Below, piece after piece: positions 1 through 14,000 of a DNA stretch of 64,000 bases (its first letter is position 1; each line of letters starts with the position of its first letter). This DNA is from Atractiella rhizophila (taxonomy: Eukaryota). The notes under the pieces were generated by a model. It worked only from the letters and a program-made list of their open reading frames with translations. It was not told where the DNA came from and did no database searches. A program made the position numbers and the translations under genes. The DNA lies in NCBI GenBank assembly GCA_021432655.1, contig MU271206.1, positions 1 through 64,000 on the forward strand, written 5' to 3'.

Positions 1-310
1 AAAATTCAATTTCGAGTTGATCGAAATCGCAAACCGAGCGACGCTGAGATTCCCCTCATTACAGTCCTGAGGTGGATTTCCTAGACTCCAAACTCAACCT
101 GCCGTGTATTGTGTATTGTGGTTATCTGCTGCGGAACAGGCAACGACGGGAAACAACCACAACCAACGCAAACAAAATAAAGCGGCACTTCATTATCAAT
201 TTACTCAAATCGCATCCTTGAAGACGCTTCTACCGTGGGCAAATCTGTTTCTCGAATTGGTGAGGGTGTGACTGTCCGACATTGACACTTCTACAGGAGC
301 ATTTAGAAGA

Positions 311-3300
311 ATGAAAGAAACGTGAGTGGTCTCTTCAAGAAGAAGTATTGGGTTGCTCGGTATGAAAGGCTTTCTCTCGGGTCGTTGAAGTTTCGTTTGC
401 GATCAATGAGCTCTAGATGCGTCCGTAGCTGGTATGATTTGATGAAGATCCAGCCTTGTTCAGCGATAGACTCTTCTTACAGAAGTCCTGCGCTGCTGAC
501 TTGCTTGAACTGCCACAAGAGGTTTTCTTCGTAGTCCTCTTGATATTCAAGATCACACCTTTATTCTCATAGTAATACATTGTTTCAGCCACGAGCAAGT
601 GAGCTATGGACTTACCTTTTGTCTCCCACCAGAAGGTCGAAGCCAACGTCGAAACCGCCAACCCGTAGCATAACGGACTACTTTTCCGAACTGCCATCCT
701 CCTCTGAACCATCCAGTTCTAAGCTCGCCTCCTCTTCCAAAGCGACGACTGCGAAGCGAGGACCAGCTTCAACCCCTGCCTCCTCAACAGCCGAGTCAAG
801 TACTAATGTGGAAAAATCTACTAACAGGGGCTCGAATGGAAAGAAGTCAGTCAAGTCATCAATGAGCAAAGGAAAGGAGAACGAGAATGCTTTGACGCGA
901 ATTGGGACTCCGGTGGGTGGGACGAAGCGGAAGCTAGCCGAGGTGGAAGCTGAGCCGTTTGGGTTATCCGAGAGTATGGTCAGTAGGAAGAAGTCTAGGT
1001 CGATTTCCGAAGATGAGGATAGGAGAGAGAGAACGGAAGAAACTCCCGAGCCGTCTACATCTGCTGACGCAGCAGGAAGGAAGAAGTCCCGCGCCGTCAT
1101 TCAATCTCAAGCGATTCCGAATACGCGAATGCTCAGGTCAGCCAGCAAGCTTGAGGATGGTACAGGAATGGATTTTGTCGTTCCAGAGACTCCTGTAGAC
1201 GGACTCAGTGGGGAAGAAGGCAGGAGAGAGGTAGGGAGGAAGATGAAGAGCTTTGTAGTGCCAGAAACGCCGGTGGAAGAGAGAAGGAGACAGCCGGTGG
1301 CAGAAGCGATGGAGATGGGAGAGGGAGAGGAAGACTCACCTCCGGTGAGAGTTAAGAGGAAGAAACCACCTGCACCAGGTCCCACTACTCCAGCCACTCG
1401 TTCGCTCCGTTCTGCCGCGAAATCCACCACGCCAAAAGCTCGAGGATCCAGCGCGATCTGCAAAGATGTCCCCACGACAGAGAACAATGGGTCACCCACA
1501 TCAAAACCAGCGTCAAGAACGGTTCGTCGTTCCTCTTCGCCTCCGAACGGACCTCGGAAGAACTTTGAAATCATTATCCCCCCACCTTCTGGGACCAACC
1601 CCAAGATCCGTCTATTCGTAGAGAGCTCCGCTTCTGTCAGCCGTGGTCCTCAAAAAGGACTACCTGCGGAGGCTATAAGCGCTTCGTCCTCTCTCACTTC
1701 TCTTTCCAGTTTGGAGCCCGACGAAAATCAAGAGCCGGGCGAAACGGCGGCGGAAAAGGCGAGGGAGTTTGCGAGAAAGACGTTGGAGATGGTTAAGCAT
1801 GATGTTGAAATCGAGGACGGAGGAGGAACAGGAGGAGAGGATAAGGGCGAGAGCGAAAGTGAGGAGGAGCTGTTGGATTTGGACGCGCTCTTGAAGAAGG
1901 AATCAAAGAAGCAGGACACGGGTAGGAAGAAGATTGTACTGGAGGAAAGTACTTTAAAGACTCCTATCGCGAAGGGGAGAGAGAATGGATGGAATGATGT
2001 GCGTTGCCCCTTTCCGTTCATGATCTGTGCTAATGATTGGATATTACCAACAAGCAGAATGACACTTCCTCCATCCCTCCTGCTGTGTCCACACCGCCGA
2101 CGTCACCTTCAGTGCTGAACATTCATCGAGACGAATTGAAAAAGTTGGCCAGCGAATTTGGGCAGAAACAGGAGCTGGTAAAGATATTGGAGAAGGATTA
2201 CGGGGATGGTGCTGCTCAGTCAGAAATGGAAGTGGCGATGAAGAAGAGGACCTTTTGGAAGCCGATGCGTGGGAGGGAGAATGCGGAAGAGGTAAGCGCT
2301 TGGCTGTGCGTTTGTGTAGTAAATTGCGTGCTCGCTCACTGGTTAAAGGCTTTCACCCTCCTGCCTTGTCCAGAGGATGCTTCGGCGACACTTGTCAAAG
2401 TTCATACTTACCTGTCAAGTACATTTTCCCAAAATGCCTGCGCCAATTCTCATCAGCAACAACAGAACTTTTGTCTTCCCACAAGGTTTACGAGGAGGTA
2501 GATCTCGCCTTTTGCAGCCACGCTTACCACTTGGATGACCAAACTTTGAGCTTCTTATTTCATGTTGGTACGTTGACTCTGGTTCAGAGTAAACAGGTTA
2601 ATGCTGGTTTCTCCTAGCTACGAGCTCGCTTGGGCCACCCTCCATCCAGTCTGCCGCATACGAACTATTGCTCACACTTCCGTTCTCTGCGATTGACACA
2701 TACGACTTTACCTCCCAAGTATTCGATACATTCAGGAGCCTCGGAGCAAAGCCAAACTGGGACGATATGCAAGTCGATGTCGCTTCATTGAATGAAGAAT
2801 GCCGTACGAAGGCTGTTCATATTACATTAGACGTTCTGCAGCGATTTGCTGAACATCAGCTGTTCTCGTACGTCGTATCCTTAGTGCACTCATTTATCCA
2901 TAAACATTCAATCAGGGAGACAGATTCAACGGCACTTGTTTTTCTTCTCGCTCGTCTCAGTCTTGATCCATCAACAGGCAAGGATATTGGCCTAAAGGAC
3001 AAAATTGTCGATTCCATTCGTCGCATCTTTTCTACATTTACGTTAGCAAAGGTTTCTGCAGTAAGTTCTCGTGTAGGTACATTCGCCCTGGCACTGACCA
3101 TTCGAAGGCTGCGTCGATTGGTCAATCCCTTCTGCGATATGTGACGGGAATCGGTTCAAGTTGTTATCAGGAACTCATGGCAATCCTACCAGCACAGTCA
3201 ACGTTGGAGAGCAATTTGCGTCGTTGGGTTGCCTGGTCATTGATCACAAACGTGGACAAAATCGACGCGGTCAGTGGGTCATTATGCCTTTGAACGAGTC

Positions 3301-3877
3301 CCATGACCTCAATAATTCGAATAGGCATCCCTTTCATCCCACCCCCCATTTGTAAAGGTGCAACAGCTCTTCGAAAATGCACCTGTCGATTCCCCTTTCT
3401 TTATGAAGAGCAAGAAAGACAAGGACGTCAACTATCGCGAGATGCATATTGCCGCTGTACTCTTGCAAAGTATTCTATCCGATCTTGCTAGCCCTCTGCG
3501 AATGGGCAGGAAGAAAGGTCAGGTGAAAGATGTCCAGAATCTTCCGCCTCTGCAAATTGAAAGTCTAGGAGAGGCATTAAACCTTTATCAGAATCGTATT
3601 CGTCAGTACTTTATCACCTAAACTCGATTCCACCTGACCAGGATAGACAGGACCCGATCTCAAAACGGGAGATCTGTATCGCAACCTGGCTAAGGATCAA
3701 CTCGCCAGAATTTCTCATTCGATTGCTTTCCAACTTCAAGCAATCGGGGAAAAGCGATATATTGCAGGTACCGGCAAAGAGGGGAACAAGTCGCACGGGG
3801 ATGCGTTTGGAGCTCGTGACTCAGCTCAAACTGCTATGGACGAGTTTCTAGTCCGAAGAGAAGGTGCTGAAAGGTGA
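311..3877 (+). CDS. Multi-exon nuclear protein with long disordered N-terminus and C-terminal helical domain resembling SLF2/FAM178/Nse6 (CANIN) Smc5/6 loader; 5' exon structure uncertain
   Basis: ORFs 580-2118, 2037-2501, 2668-3144 and 3358-3621 are joinable by GT-AG introns. The last exon after the intron at ~3602-3650 reads ..NRIRPDLKTGDLYRNLAKDQLARISHSIAFQL..QTAMDEFLVRREGAER*, with TGA at 3875-3877. The YRxxxKDxxARI pattern recalls the SLF2 C-terminus. Confidence 0.5.
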
Positions 3878-4047
3878 TGCAATGTTGTTTGGTTATTTTA
3901 TTGCGTCCTGTGAAGTAGTTGTTATGGCGCTCAATACGTATATATATATTACTTTGAAGTCACGAAGTATAAACAAATTTGCAAGAAGAATTTAATTGAT
4001 TTAATAACATGTCAACGCGCCGGAATAACAGAACCACATCTTGTCTG

Positions 4048-7000
4048 TTACATTCCAGTAGATGGATGATGACACATCATGCTCTTCCTAATCTCTAGTC
4101 CAATGGCTCTTCCCTACATTTGCGTCAGCACAAAATCATTGGTTGGAAAAATCTCGCCATTGGAATGGGGACACTGAACCAACTGTCAGTCCACTCGCGT
4201 GGAAACAGACGAAACGAACCTGTTGCCTATCTGACGCATTATATCATTATCTAAAAATTGTTCAGTCCGTTTGCTTGCGGCAACGTGGAAGAGTTGGCCC
4301 TACATTCTGTAAGGCTTCCCTCGGCTGATACGCCGTTTTTACTTTGCTCTGTCGTGACAAAGATATAATCATCCGGATACCCTTGTGCTCTTCATGGCAT
4401 GTTAAAGCGTGTTGCAGAACTGAGCGAACGGCTTACCTTGCAAATTCCCGAATGGTACACATCCTTCGCTGTGTGGGATGTAGGCTGCGACTTCCCCGAC
4501 TGAAGGGGTTCATAACTGTCATAATACACTCAAAGAAGCCATCATTTTGTAGCCTCGATAATGTGGATTGCTTTCTGGCGGTGCGAAAGTGAAGCTGTTT
4601 TGGTAAAGCTTGCGACCATGTCATCACTATCCACGATATTGATAAGCAGACACGCACTTCTCCAACCCATGCCTTCTGTGAATGGGGCATGCCAAATCCT
4701 TTCAATCGCAGATGACGTGGTCCAGTGCCGCGTCCAATGCAACACCAGGTCCTCACTATTCTCTCGCATTTGCTCTTGATACGCATTTTTGGGCGGAAAG
4801 TCGTATTCGGCTTGGAGAAAGCCTACAGGGCTGCGGTCAGCTTTAATTCTCGGTAGCTGGCTTTGTCTCTGTTTCTTCTTTTGCAGAGCAGTGAGAGGCA
4901 CCACTCGACCTTCATTTTCGTATTCGAAACCCGGAAGGTCCACAATTGCGTCTAAGATGGTAACACATTTGTGAGGAGCTCCATATGCTTTCAATTCGCC
5001 GTTAGTGACGCGACTCATCATTGTACCTGTTGGGAGTCGCATGCGCATCTCCCTAGCACGCGGATGGGTATGCGTTGGTTGAGGGAGGCTGGGAAGTTTT
5101 AGCCCCTATGTTCACATCAGATTGACCGTGCTTCGCCTTTAAAGCAAGGAACCTTTGCTGCTCCGATAAAGATAACACGTAACCGATTCTGTTCTGACAT
5201 GAGGGAAGTGATAACGTTGGGATAGCACTAACATTGACACACCTGCGGGGAGCCTTGATTCGAAGCTAGAATTAATCCAGCCGTGACCTTACATTGGCCT
5301 TCAGTCATGTTGACTGTTTGAGTCAATACAGCACGCACCTGGTATCCCAGTGCAGTAGCAACTCGATATATAAGCTTCTCAGGTATCAGCAAAGGGAGGT
5401 GAATTTAGGGACCGAAACCACCTTGATGACCCCATGCTTGATTTTACCATTTTGCCCTTCAAGAGAAAAGTCCACCATCCCCTTAACATTTTCGATGATG
5501 AAATATTTCGGACGGTAGAACTCTACGTATGAGACTACCAACGACGTAAATATGCTAAACAAACCGGTGAATACGCTCACGATAATTCTGTAGACCCTAT
5601 CAGTATACTACTCAGCACAACGATTATTACGGACAGCGATTAAAGAGCAACGGATGTCGTCAGCTGATACGAGAAAGCTTCCATAAACGGAGAAGCCGCA
5701 CTAACGAAGATATTGGCTTACGAGAACGATTTCCGTTTGCAAGGCTGAATCCTTGGCACGGAGGTCCTATGGGAGGAGGAATTTCACCTTGGAACGAAAG
5801 AAATAGGTTGAATACTCACCGCCGACAATAATATCCACTTCTCCATGCTGCGGCATTGGTGGCAGAGTGGCACCTTCGAGATCACGAACTGGCGGAGCAT
5901 TAGAACGTCCTGATTCCTTCATGGCTTGACCCAACATTTGATTAGTGTCTTGAAGATAAACCTGATTTCCTGTATGAGGGTCGATCTTGCATCTTAAATA
6001 ACTTTTAACTCACTGTAGCCTCTGGATGGTTTGCTGCAAAAGTCTTCGCAGCAGGAAACGAGAACTCGATGGCCCACTTCGACAATATTATCTCCGACTT
6101 TGCCAGACCTGTACTGAACCCTGCGGCGCCATTGATGCTAGGTCTATTCAAAGAAACGTCTCTCACCTCCAGCGCCAGCAAAGAGATCCAGGCAGCTCAA
6201 TGGAGATCCCTTTGTGTCGTTCAAACGTTTCAGTCGTTCCTCGGAATCCTTCTTACAGACAGGACAGGTGTTCTTTCCGAAAGTTGCTTTATCGAGAGCT
6301 AAGAATCTACTTCTTGGCAGGCGGAAGTCGGGACTACTTAAGAGATCGAGCACGTCCAGGTAGGTTTCAACGGCGGCTTGACCTGCGAGCGCAATTTCAT
6401 GAGAAACGTGGAATGTATCGTCCTGATTGCGAACAGATCTCAAGTCTATTCGATTTGTTCTGAATCCAATTTGACATCGGCCCAATATCTGGTCTGCTTC
6501 CACAGTAACTACTATGTCCGTCCCGATAAGCTCACGCTCATCGTCTTCAAGCATCCCTTGAGATCTTTTGAGTAGTTTTGCGGTTGAAGGAAGGTTACGA
6601 TAACGAAGGTATAAGCGTAGACTGACAGTTTCTGGACCACCTCCCGTGAGCGGATGAAAGGAAACGATGGTGCCAATCCCAAAAGGAGTATAGTCCTTGC
6701 CGGAAGGGAAGTAAACGTTATCAGATCGATGATAGCTACGATCTTGCAAACGAAAACCTTTCTTCATGTGGGCAGGATCGATCCACTCTGGCCTCCCTGG
6801 ATTACCGTATGGTTCGCAGAGAGGACAACGAGGTGTGTTGCCCTCATCCATGTCGTAGCTTGGTTGTTCGCTCGTTTCGAACTGCCGAAAGCTTCCGGTC
6901 TCATCGGAATAGGTGTATCTATATTCCATATTAATGCACCACATTCTGCCATGCAAATCAGAAACAACCTGTAATGCAGTTTCTTGCGATCCAACTTTGG

Positions 7001-9132
7001 GTCGGAGTCGTCTGGTTCAATTAATTCAGGTTCATCAAGAGCCTTGATGATTGACCCTAACGGAATGTTGTCACAGGAAGTCACTATTTAGATGTTTAGC
7101 TCGCCTGTGCCCTGAACCGAGTGAAACGCACAAGCAAAAATCTCGCTTTCAGAGGCCAGTTCACCCATTGCAGTATCTGGGCCATGAGCAAACCCTTTAG
7201 CGCAGTTAGCTTGCAGGTTGATAAGAATATCAGAAACTTACATCGAACATGGGCATAGCGGCCGTGGCCATCCTGATAAATCTTCAGGATCTGGCCAAGC
7301 CAGGTTTCCTCCAGTCCTCGGTCGCTTGTTCCAAGGATTTCGACGATATCTCCCAACCTACAAATCACGTCAGGACCCAGTTCTACCAGACGAGAAAGAA
7401 CATACCCTAGATTTTCACTGCCAACCCGACATTGCGTCCAAAAGGCAATCCCGTCCTTCTGGAGCAGAGGCGGCCCGACAAAATGAATCTGATTCGCTTC
7501 ATGCTTCGTTTTAGCCCTTCTTCCATCCCTGTTATCTCGTCGATGCTCAGGGGGATCTTCAACCTCCTCCTCCTCGTCCTGATCTTCTCCCTCCGTTGTT
7601 GTTTCACGCCTGATAACCTTGAGCGCACGAGAGAAGATGCTACCGGTGATTGCATCGACGATGGGAGTGACGTGGGTCTGAGTCTCCTGCTTTTGGCCCT
7701 TGGATTTTCTCGCTCGCTGTCGTTCGTCATCGTCGTCCACATCCCGTAACCACTCATGATCACCAGAACTGTCTTCAAATATCCAGTCGCCGATTTGATA
7801 GTGCAGATCCTCAAAGAGCTGGCGCTTGTGAAAAGTGGCATCTTTGGCTGTAAGAGGAGAGTCAAGGTAGTGAGAAGGAAAGGTCCTCGGAGTACTGTAC
7901 ACTCCTGATTTGTCGAGGGAACCGCAGAAATCGGCAAACGAAAGATGCTCGTCGGCTTCTATCGCTTCCATCGCGGCAGCGAATAGGTGAATGTACCGAA
8001 CGTAAGGTTGAAAGATGACCTCGTACGCTCGAGCAGGCTTGTTGAGTCGATACCAAGCATCACCCTCCACCCAAAGCGCGACAACCTTGTCTCTTCCGTT
8101 CACACTATCCAACTGTTCGGCCTGAACCTGCTCAATCGCATCCGTCACCATCAATACCCCTTGTTCATCATCCTCCTCCTCTTCCTCCTCTTCCTCCTCT
8201 TCCTCGTCAAGAAACTCGTGCCAAAACTCTGACTGTTCATTCTCGTCGTCCAAATCGATAGCCTTAACTTTGCCGACCAACCGGGCATCGACGCTATCAT
8301 CCCAAGTGGCGTTGAAGTCGATTATCTGTTTTGTGTTCCAATCGACGAGAACAAAATCTGTCATCTCTCGAACGAGCTTAGTCATTTCCCCGCTTTCATC
8401 AATGTCTTCATCTCTAGCTTCTCTTTCTCCATCCAGCTTGGTATCTTCGTCGACAACACCTGCAGGGACCTTGAAGGCACCGTAGAAGGTAGCACCAACC
8501 CCTTTCTTAGCCTTCTTCCTCTTCGTTCCTTGAAGCTCCGATCTACGTTTCCCCTCAATCTCATTGGGACGATGGCGCTTTCGGGGTGTATGATTGGAAA
8601 CCGATGTTTGAGAAGATACAGACCTAATCTCTTCATCGTCCGTAATCACGATAGGATCAAGAAGAGAAGAGAGTTTCGTTGGAGTAGATAATGAGGACTG
8701 AATGGACGTGGCAGATGAGGATTGTAAATGCAGCCGTCGTAATCGAGACCGCAGAGAGCTCGTCTGAGCCAGAGTTAGTAATGAACAGGGGAAAGCGAGG
8801 AATGCGCACATCAGATCGAACGCGTTTCAATGCTTGCTTCTCGTGCAAACAGTGCGTTGATATCTCAACCACAGGCTTTGGAAACCCATTAAACGCTTGC
8901 GATCCCGGCGCACGGTTGGACTCTGACCTCTCCTCAAATGTCGATTTTGAAGAAAAGGAATCGACGCGCAAGTCTTTGACGCGTGAAGCTAACACGTTGG
9001 TCTACGGCGACGTTTATAAGATTTTGTCAGTGCAGAATGAGGGCATACATCCGACTGATTTAGTTCTATCCCTTGGGCCGCGCTCGTTCTCAGTGTGGGT
9101 GTTTTGATTTCGATCACAGGAAAAGTCCTCAT
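4048..9132 (-). CDS. DNA (cytosine-5)-methyltransferase, DNMT1/Masc2-type (RFTS-like domain, BAH region, C5-MTase domain), many introns
   Basis: Spliced motifs: I LDLFAGAGG, IV GGPPCQGFS, VI YRPKYFIIENV, VIII GSPQNRLR, IX LHPTQRRMCTIREFAR, X QIGNSVP. RFTS-like segment ALWVEGDAWYRLNKPARAY. Inferred start ATG at 9132 (MRTFPVIEIK), stop TAA at 4048. Confidence 0.93.
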
Positions 9133-9620
9133 GCGTTTGAGCGCCTTGTGCGGCTGTCCACATGCGAGTCAGCCTTATTTCGCTTTAACAGAAGACAAAT
9201 ATGGAAGTGTGACGATGATAAATAAGATAACATATCACTCCTTAAGGACGCGCGAAACTTGCAGGCTATGAGAAAGTAAATTGGTGAGGTTAAAACAAGA
9301 GGCTGAAGATAATCAGACGCGTAGATAGATGTCTCCGTGAAGCAAAGCATCCATCGTGCAACCGACTCTCTGGGAATTTGTGGTTCTCTCCAAGGTCTGA
9401 GCAGAAAAAAGAACATCAACACAAGCTGCGGGAAAGAAACATTACTGATTTAGGAAAACAGACAGCCGTGTTAATACGCGATAGATACGGTCTATAGAGA
9501 TGCCATGTTAGTGGGAAGGAATCGAATGGTCTGGTCAAGCACATATGTCAATGTATTTCTTTGGGACTGCGTAACGCGTCCACTTGTCACTCTGATAGCT
9601 TGCAACAAATCTCCAGAGAG

Positions 9621-10116
9621 TCACAAAAGATATTTCACTGTCTGCAATACTCGTACAGCTTTTTTCGTAAGAAGTGCCGTATGGCATTCTCCTTGTATTT
9701 TGCGGAGAACAATGGAGCGGAGCAGTGCTGCTTCTTTGCCTCTTTCCTCACTCGATTTGTAAGGGAAAGCTTCACTAAATAGTACGCATATTTTCCCAAC
9801 TATTGAGGACTTCAGCCCTTTCTACTCAACCAAAGTGCCATATCAGGCATTGATCAAAAGAAGAAACGACACCAACACGATAACACACCATTTGCTCCTC
9901 CATTTGCTCCAAAGCACGTTTGCTCCCTTTTCCTTCCTCTCTAACAGACTGAGACTTAGAAACCTCCAAAGAACCCATCTTCCCAGCCTCGCCGGCGTCT
10001 TGAGGCTTCTGCTTGACAGATGACTGAAACCATGTGTGCAAGCTGGGAAAGGACAGCGTAAAGGAGTGTCGAGGTCGCGGTGGGAGAGGCTTGATCTCCC
10101 TCTGCGAGTTCTCCAT
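9621..10116 (-). CDS. Small two-exon hypothetical protein (~140 aa)
   Basis: MENSQREIKPLPPRP..EQM, then a GT..CTGAT..TAG intron at 9822-9888, then an open exon KGLKSSIVGK..VKYLL*. No family recognised. Confidence 0.45.
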
Positions 10117-11042
10117 ACTCGTCGTTGGACTGGGGCAATGACAAACAAACGACCTGAAGGACGAAGTTGTTCGCGTTGTTTGGAATGCCAATGATCAGCG
10201 AGGTCACGTGTAGTGTACCCATTGGTTTTGGATCGGATACTTCTTATGGGTCTGATATAAGGTATCTCTCTCAGGTATCTCTGTCTAACATTGCCTATAA
10301 CCTATTTTACCACCGTGACAGCTCTTCTTACTCCACGAACGTGTTCCATCGCGCAAGAGGAGGTTGTCACATCATGCCCTTCCCCTTCCCCAGCTTCATG
10401 CTGCAAGCAACATCTCAACTTCGCTCAAGTGGTCAGAGGTGCGTTCATCCCCATACATATCAGTTGAATCGATCACTGAGTCTCCTTCATTCGGTAAAGG
10501 CCCACGCTCTCACATGGACACCAAAGGAAGCTGATATCATCACATTATCACTCCATCCTCCTCCAACATGTTAACGCCGTACCCAGCTTTCCTCTCATCG
10601 ATGCATCGATAACCTCTTCTCGTCGATCTCGAGAAATCTATTAGATCAAACGCCACGGACCCCGCTAGCGCGTCGCATCTCGCGTACTCAGCTGGGAAGA
10701 GCGGGAAGAAGGCATGGTCGACTCGCGGCCTTTGAAGGAAACAGGCAGTCGGGCGTACGTTTCAGGTCGTTGTTGACACCACTTTTCGCACTTTCGACCC
10801 TTTCGAGCGCATGTTGCCGCGTGCTCTCTAGCCTAACCGCGGGGCTCCACACTCTCTTCCACTCAGTTGCACACTCTCACTCCACGCTCCCATTGGAACA
10901 TGGCCTTGCAATCTTAAACGGGATTGGAAACATCTTCCTCTGACGTTGACATAAAAGAGAGAAAGACTGCGCGCTTTTGTCCCCTTCTCTTCAAGGTCGA
11001 AGCTGTCCTAGTTTTTGACTTGGTTGGCCTAAAAGCCACAAG

Positions 11043-14000
11043 ATGTCGCTCTGGTCTATCGCCCTCAGCCTGCTGCCAGCTGCGAATGCAGTCTTCGGGC
11101 CCATTTCTACCTCAGCGCCAAACGTTGCTGGCGGAACTCAAGCTAATGATCAACCGCCAACAAGCTTCTATCAGGGTTTCAAACCGCCTTTTCCAACAAG
11201 CGGGGATTGGTCCGTATCATATCCTCATTCTTCCACACTACAATGCAGCACTCATCCTGACTCTCATGATTAGGTGGGTTGCTTATGTGCGTTTTCTCTG
11301 AATTTTTATACTGATGACAAGACGCTGACGCTCTTGTCCTTGTTGGATGGATAGGGAGTCGGCACGGGCGACGCGTATGATTCTTCCATTCTACCTTCAT
11401 AAAGATATAACTAATCGCTGTCACTCGAATAACAGCGTGGCAGCCGGACCCTTTCCCTATCAATCACGTCTGCTCGCAGATTCAATCCATTTTGGCGTCG
11501 GAAACAACCGCGGTTCGCCCTCCCTTTCTTCTTCACTAAAAGCCTCAGATGTTCCCTCGCAGACTTCGATGGAGTTTCCATCCATCAACCGACTCAAGAC
11601 GATTGGGCAGCCGGATTCACCGAACTCAATGCCATCGCAGCAAATCATAAGGCGCTAGCGTGGGATACGCAGACTGTCACCCTGCAATACTTCACTGGGA
11701 GCAGCACCATGACTTCTTACATGGTCCCAGGGTCACGTACGTTCTTTTTGAATTTCGGTCGAAGAGATGAGATTCCTGATGACGGAGCTTTGAAGCGTAC
11801 ATCACCCTTAACTACGCTGGTGCAACGCCAAAGCTGACCTCTCAAAATGGAGCAATCACATCCTTCAATGGACAAGCTGTTTCTAACAGCGGGGCAGCCG
11901 TTACAGCTTCCGGGACGAAGTTTAAGGTGGTGAATAGCGCGGGAACATATATCATCTATTCCTTAGGTGGAAGCATCACTCTTTCCGCGACTAGCACGAC
12001 CATCACTGGTTCAGCCAAGGTATCTGGTGTCATTCGAATCGCAAAGCTTCAGGCGGCAGGACATGAGGCGACTCTCGACCAGTATTATCAGAACTATGCG
12101 ACGGCGGTCACGACAGATTATTCTTTCTCTGGAGATTCTGCGACCCTCACTTTTAGCTGGGCCGTTACCGGGAACGCGAATCAACTTCTTCATCTCACTT
12201 GGCCCCACCATCGGTACGCGGTTGTCCTTTGTATTAACGTGACGGAGAGTTGAAAGTGCCGAGTAGTGTTTCGCTGCAAGGAGCGAGCATATTGCCTTCC
12301 AGCTCTATTTCATACCTTACGACGAAAGGCTATATGCTGGGAACAGTCGGCAGTACATGGCGCCTAAACTACAATCTCCCAAGTAAATGTCTTCTCCTTT
12401 AGTGCAGTCCAGAAATTTATCAAGTAAATTTCGGCAGCAATAACATGGAACGCGCCGCGATCCCCTCACTCTTCCTGTATCAATCTAGTTCGCCAATCTC
12501 TGATCTACGAAGCCAACGCTCTGCTCGCAACTACTCCTCCGGTCCCTGGAGATTTTTACGGCTGGGGAGGAACTATCGCTGCTAAAGCCCGCCTTGCTTT
12601 GATCGCAGACCATATCGGAGAAGGGAATCTCAGAGACAGACTCGTTACATGGTTAGAAACCGCCTTCGCTCCTTGGTTCAATGCGGCTTCCGCCACGAAA
12701 GCTTGCTACGAGAGCAATTATGGAGGAATCATCAACTGGTTAGCTTTCATAATTTTTGCCAAATTGTGAGCTGATGAGGGCTGAAGTGCTGGGTGGAACA
12801 ATATGTGGGGTGAGCACTTCGATGTCGAGAATTCATTCGGCTTAAAACCCTCAAACAGTTGACTATGGAAACTCGTATTACAACGACCATCACTTTCGTA
12901 CACCCCGTTTCCTTTTTCGCTTAAACTCGCGTTAACCCAAGTTTTCCAGACTATGGATACTTCCTCTCCATTGCCGCCGTCATTGGCCAGTTCGTTTTCC
13001 TTTTACCGCTCTCGAAAGGTGATTAAAACTAAACGTCACAGCTTCGACCCAGCATGGAGGGACGCTCACAAGGAAACTATCACTCATTTCTTGAGGGACT
13101 ACGTCAATCCTTCTAAAGTAAGCTTTCTTTAATATGAACACGAGTATATCAACCTGATGTCCACCCAGAATGATCCTTACTACACTCCGACAAGAATGAG
13201 AGATTGGTTCGCAGGACACTCGTGGGCTTCAGGTATATAGTCCTTAGGCGTGTTCGATTAGGGGAACTAAAACGTGTCGCCGAAAGGAATGTACAATGGC
13301 GCTGGTTCTCGAGATCAAGAGTCTGTGGGAGAGGCAGTGAATGGGTCTGTTTCTTTTACCATTCTTGTCAACCTGCTGATGCTGTGGTTGAAGATACTAT
13401 GGCGCAATGCTTTGGGCAGAAGTCATTGGGAACAACGACATCAAAAATTACGCACGTTTGCTGCTTGCGAACGAGATACAAGCCGCTCAAATCTACTGGC
13501 ATCTTTACCCTGCCGCTGATGGGAACGCTCGCGATCAGCCATATCCCGAACAGGCATTCAGGAACCTCATCACTGTTGGAAACGTAGAGGACTGGCAATC
13601 TGGCGCGTGGTTGTTCTGGGGAGATCAACGAGTCGAAATCGCTGCAATTCAGATCTTACCCGTCACGCCAGTCAACGAGCTGATGTACGATGCGACCTGG
13701 GTCAGGAATGTGATTTCATACACGTCCGGAGAGCTTGGAAATGCTAGCTATGGAGACGAGTGGAAGAGTGTGATATATGCCGCTTACTCGAACGCAAGCT
13801 CTGCTTCCTTTGGTTTTGCACGCTCTTACAGACGTGATATAGGCGGATCCCGCAGATGCGTTTACTCGCTCTCAGACTTTGACTACCTGGGGGAGCGGAA
13901 ACACAGCCACCAATGAAGGTAGGCTCTCATGCAACTCCTATCACGCAGCACTGACCTACTCACCAGTTTATTTCATCTCCACTCGTCCCAATCCTCCATC

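Noticed and set aside
678..2021. Long antisense ORFs opposite gene 1 (similar ones lie opposite the Zn2Cys6, CCDC130 and Mmc1-like genes)
   Set aside because: Shadow ORFs produced by the codon bias of low-complexity sense-strand coding.
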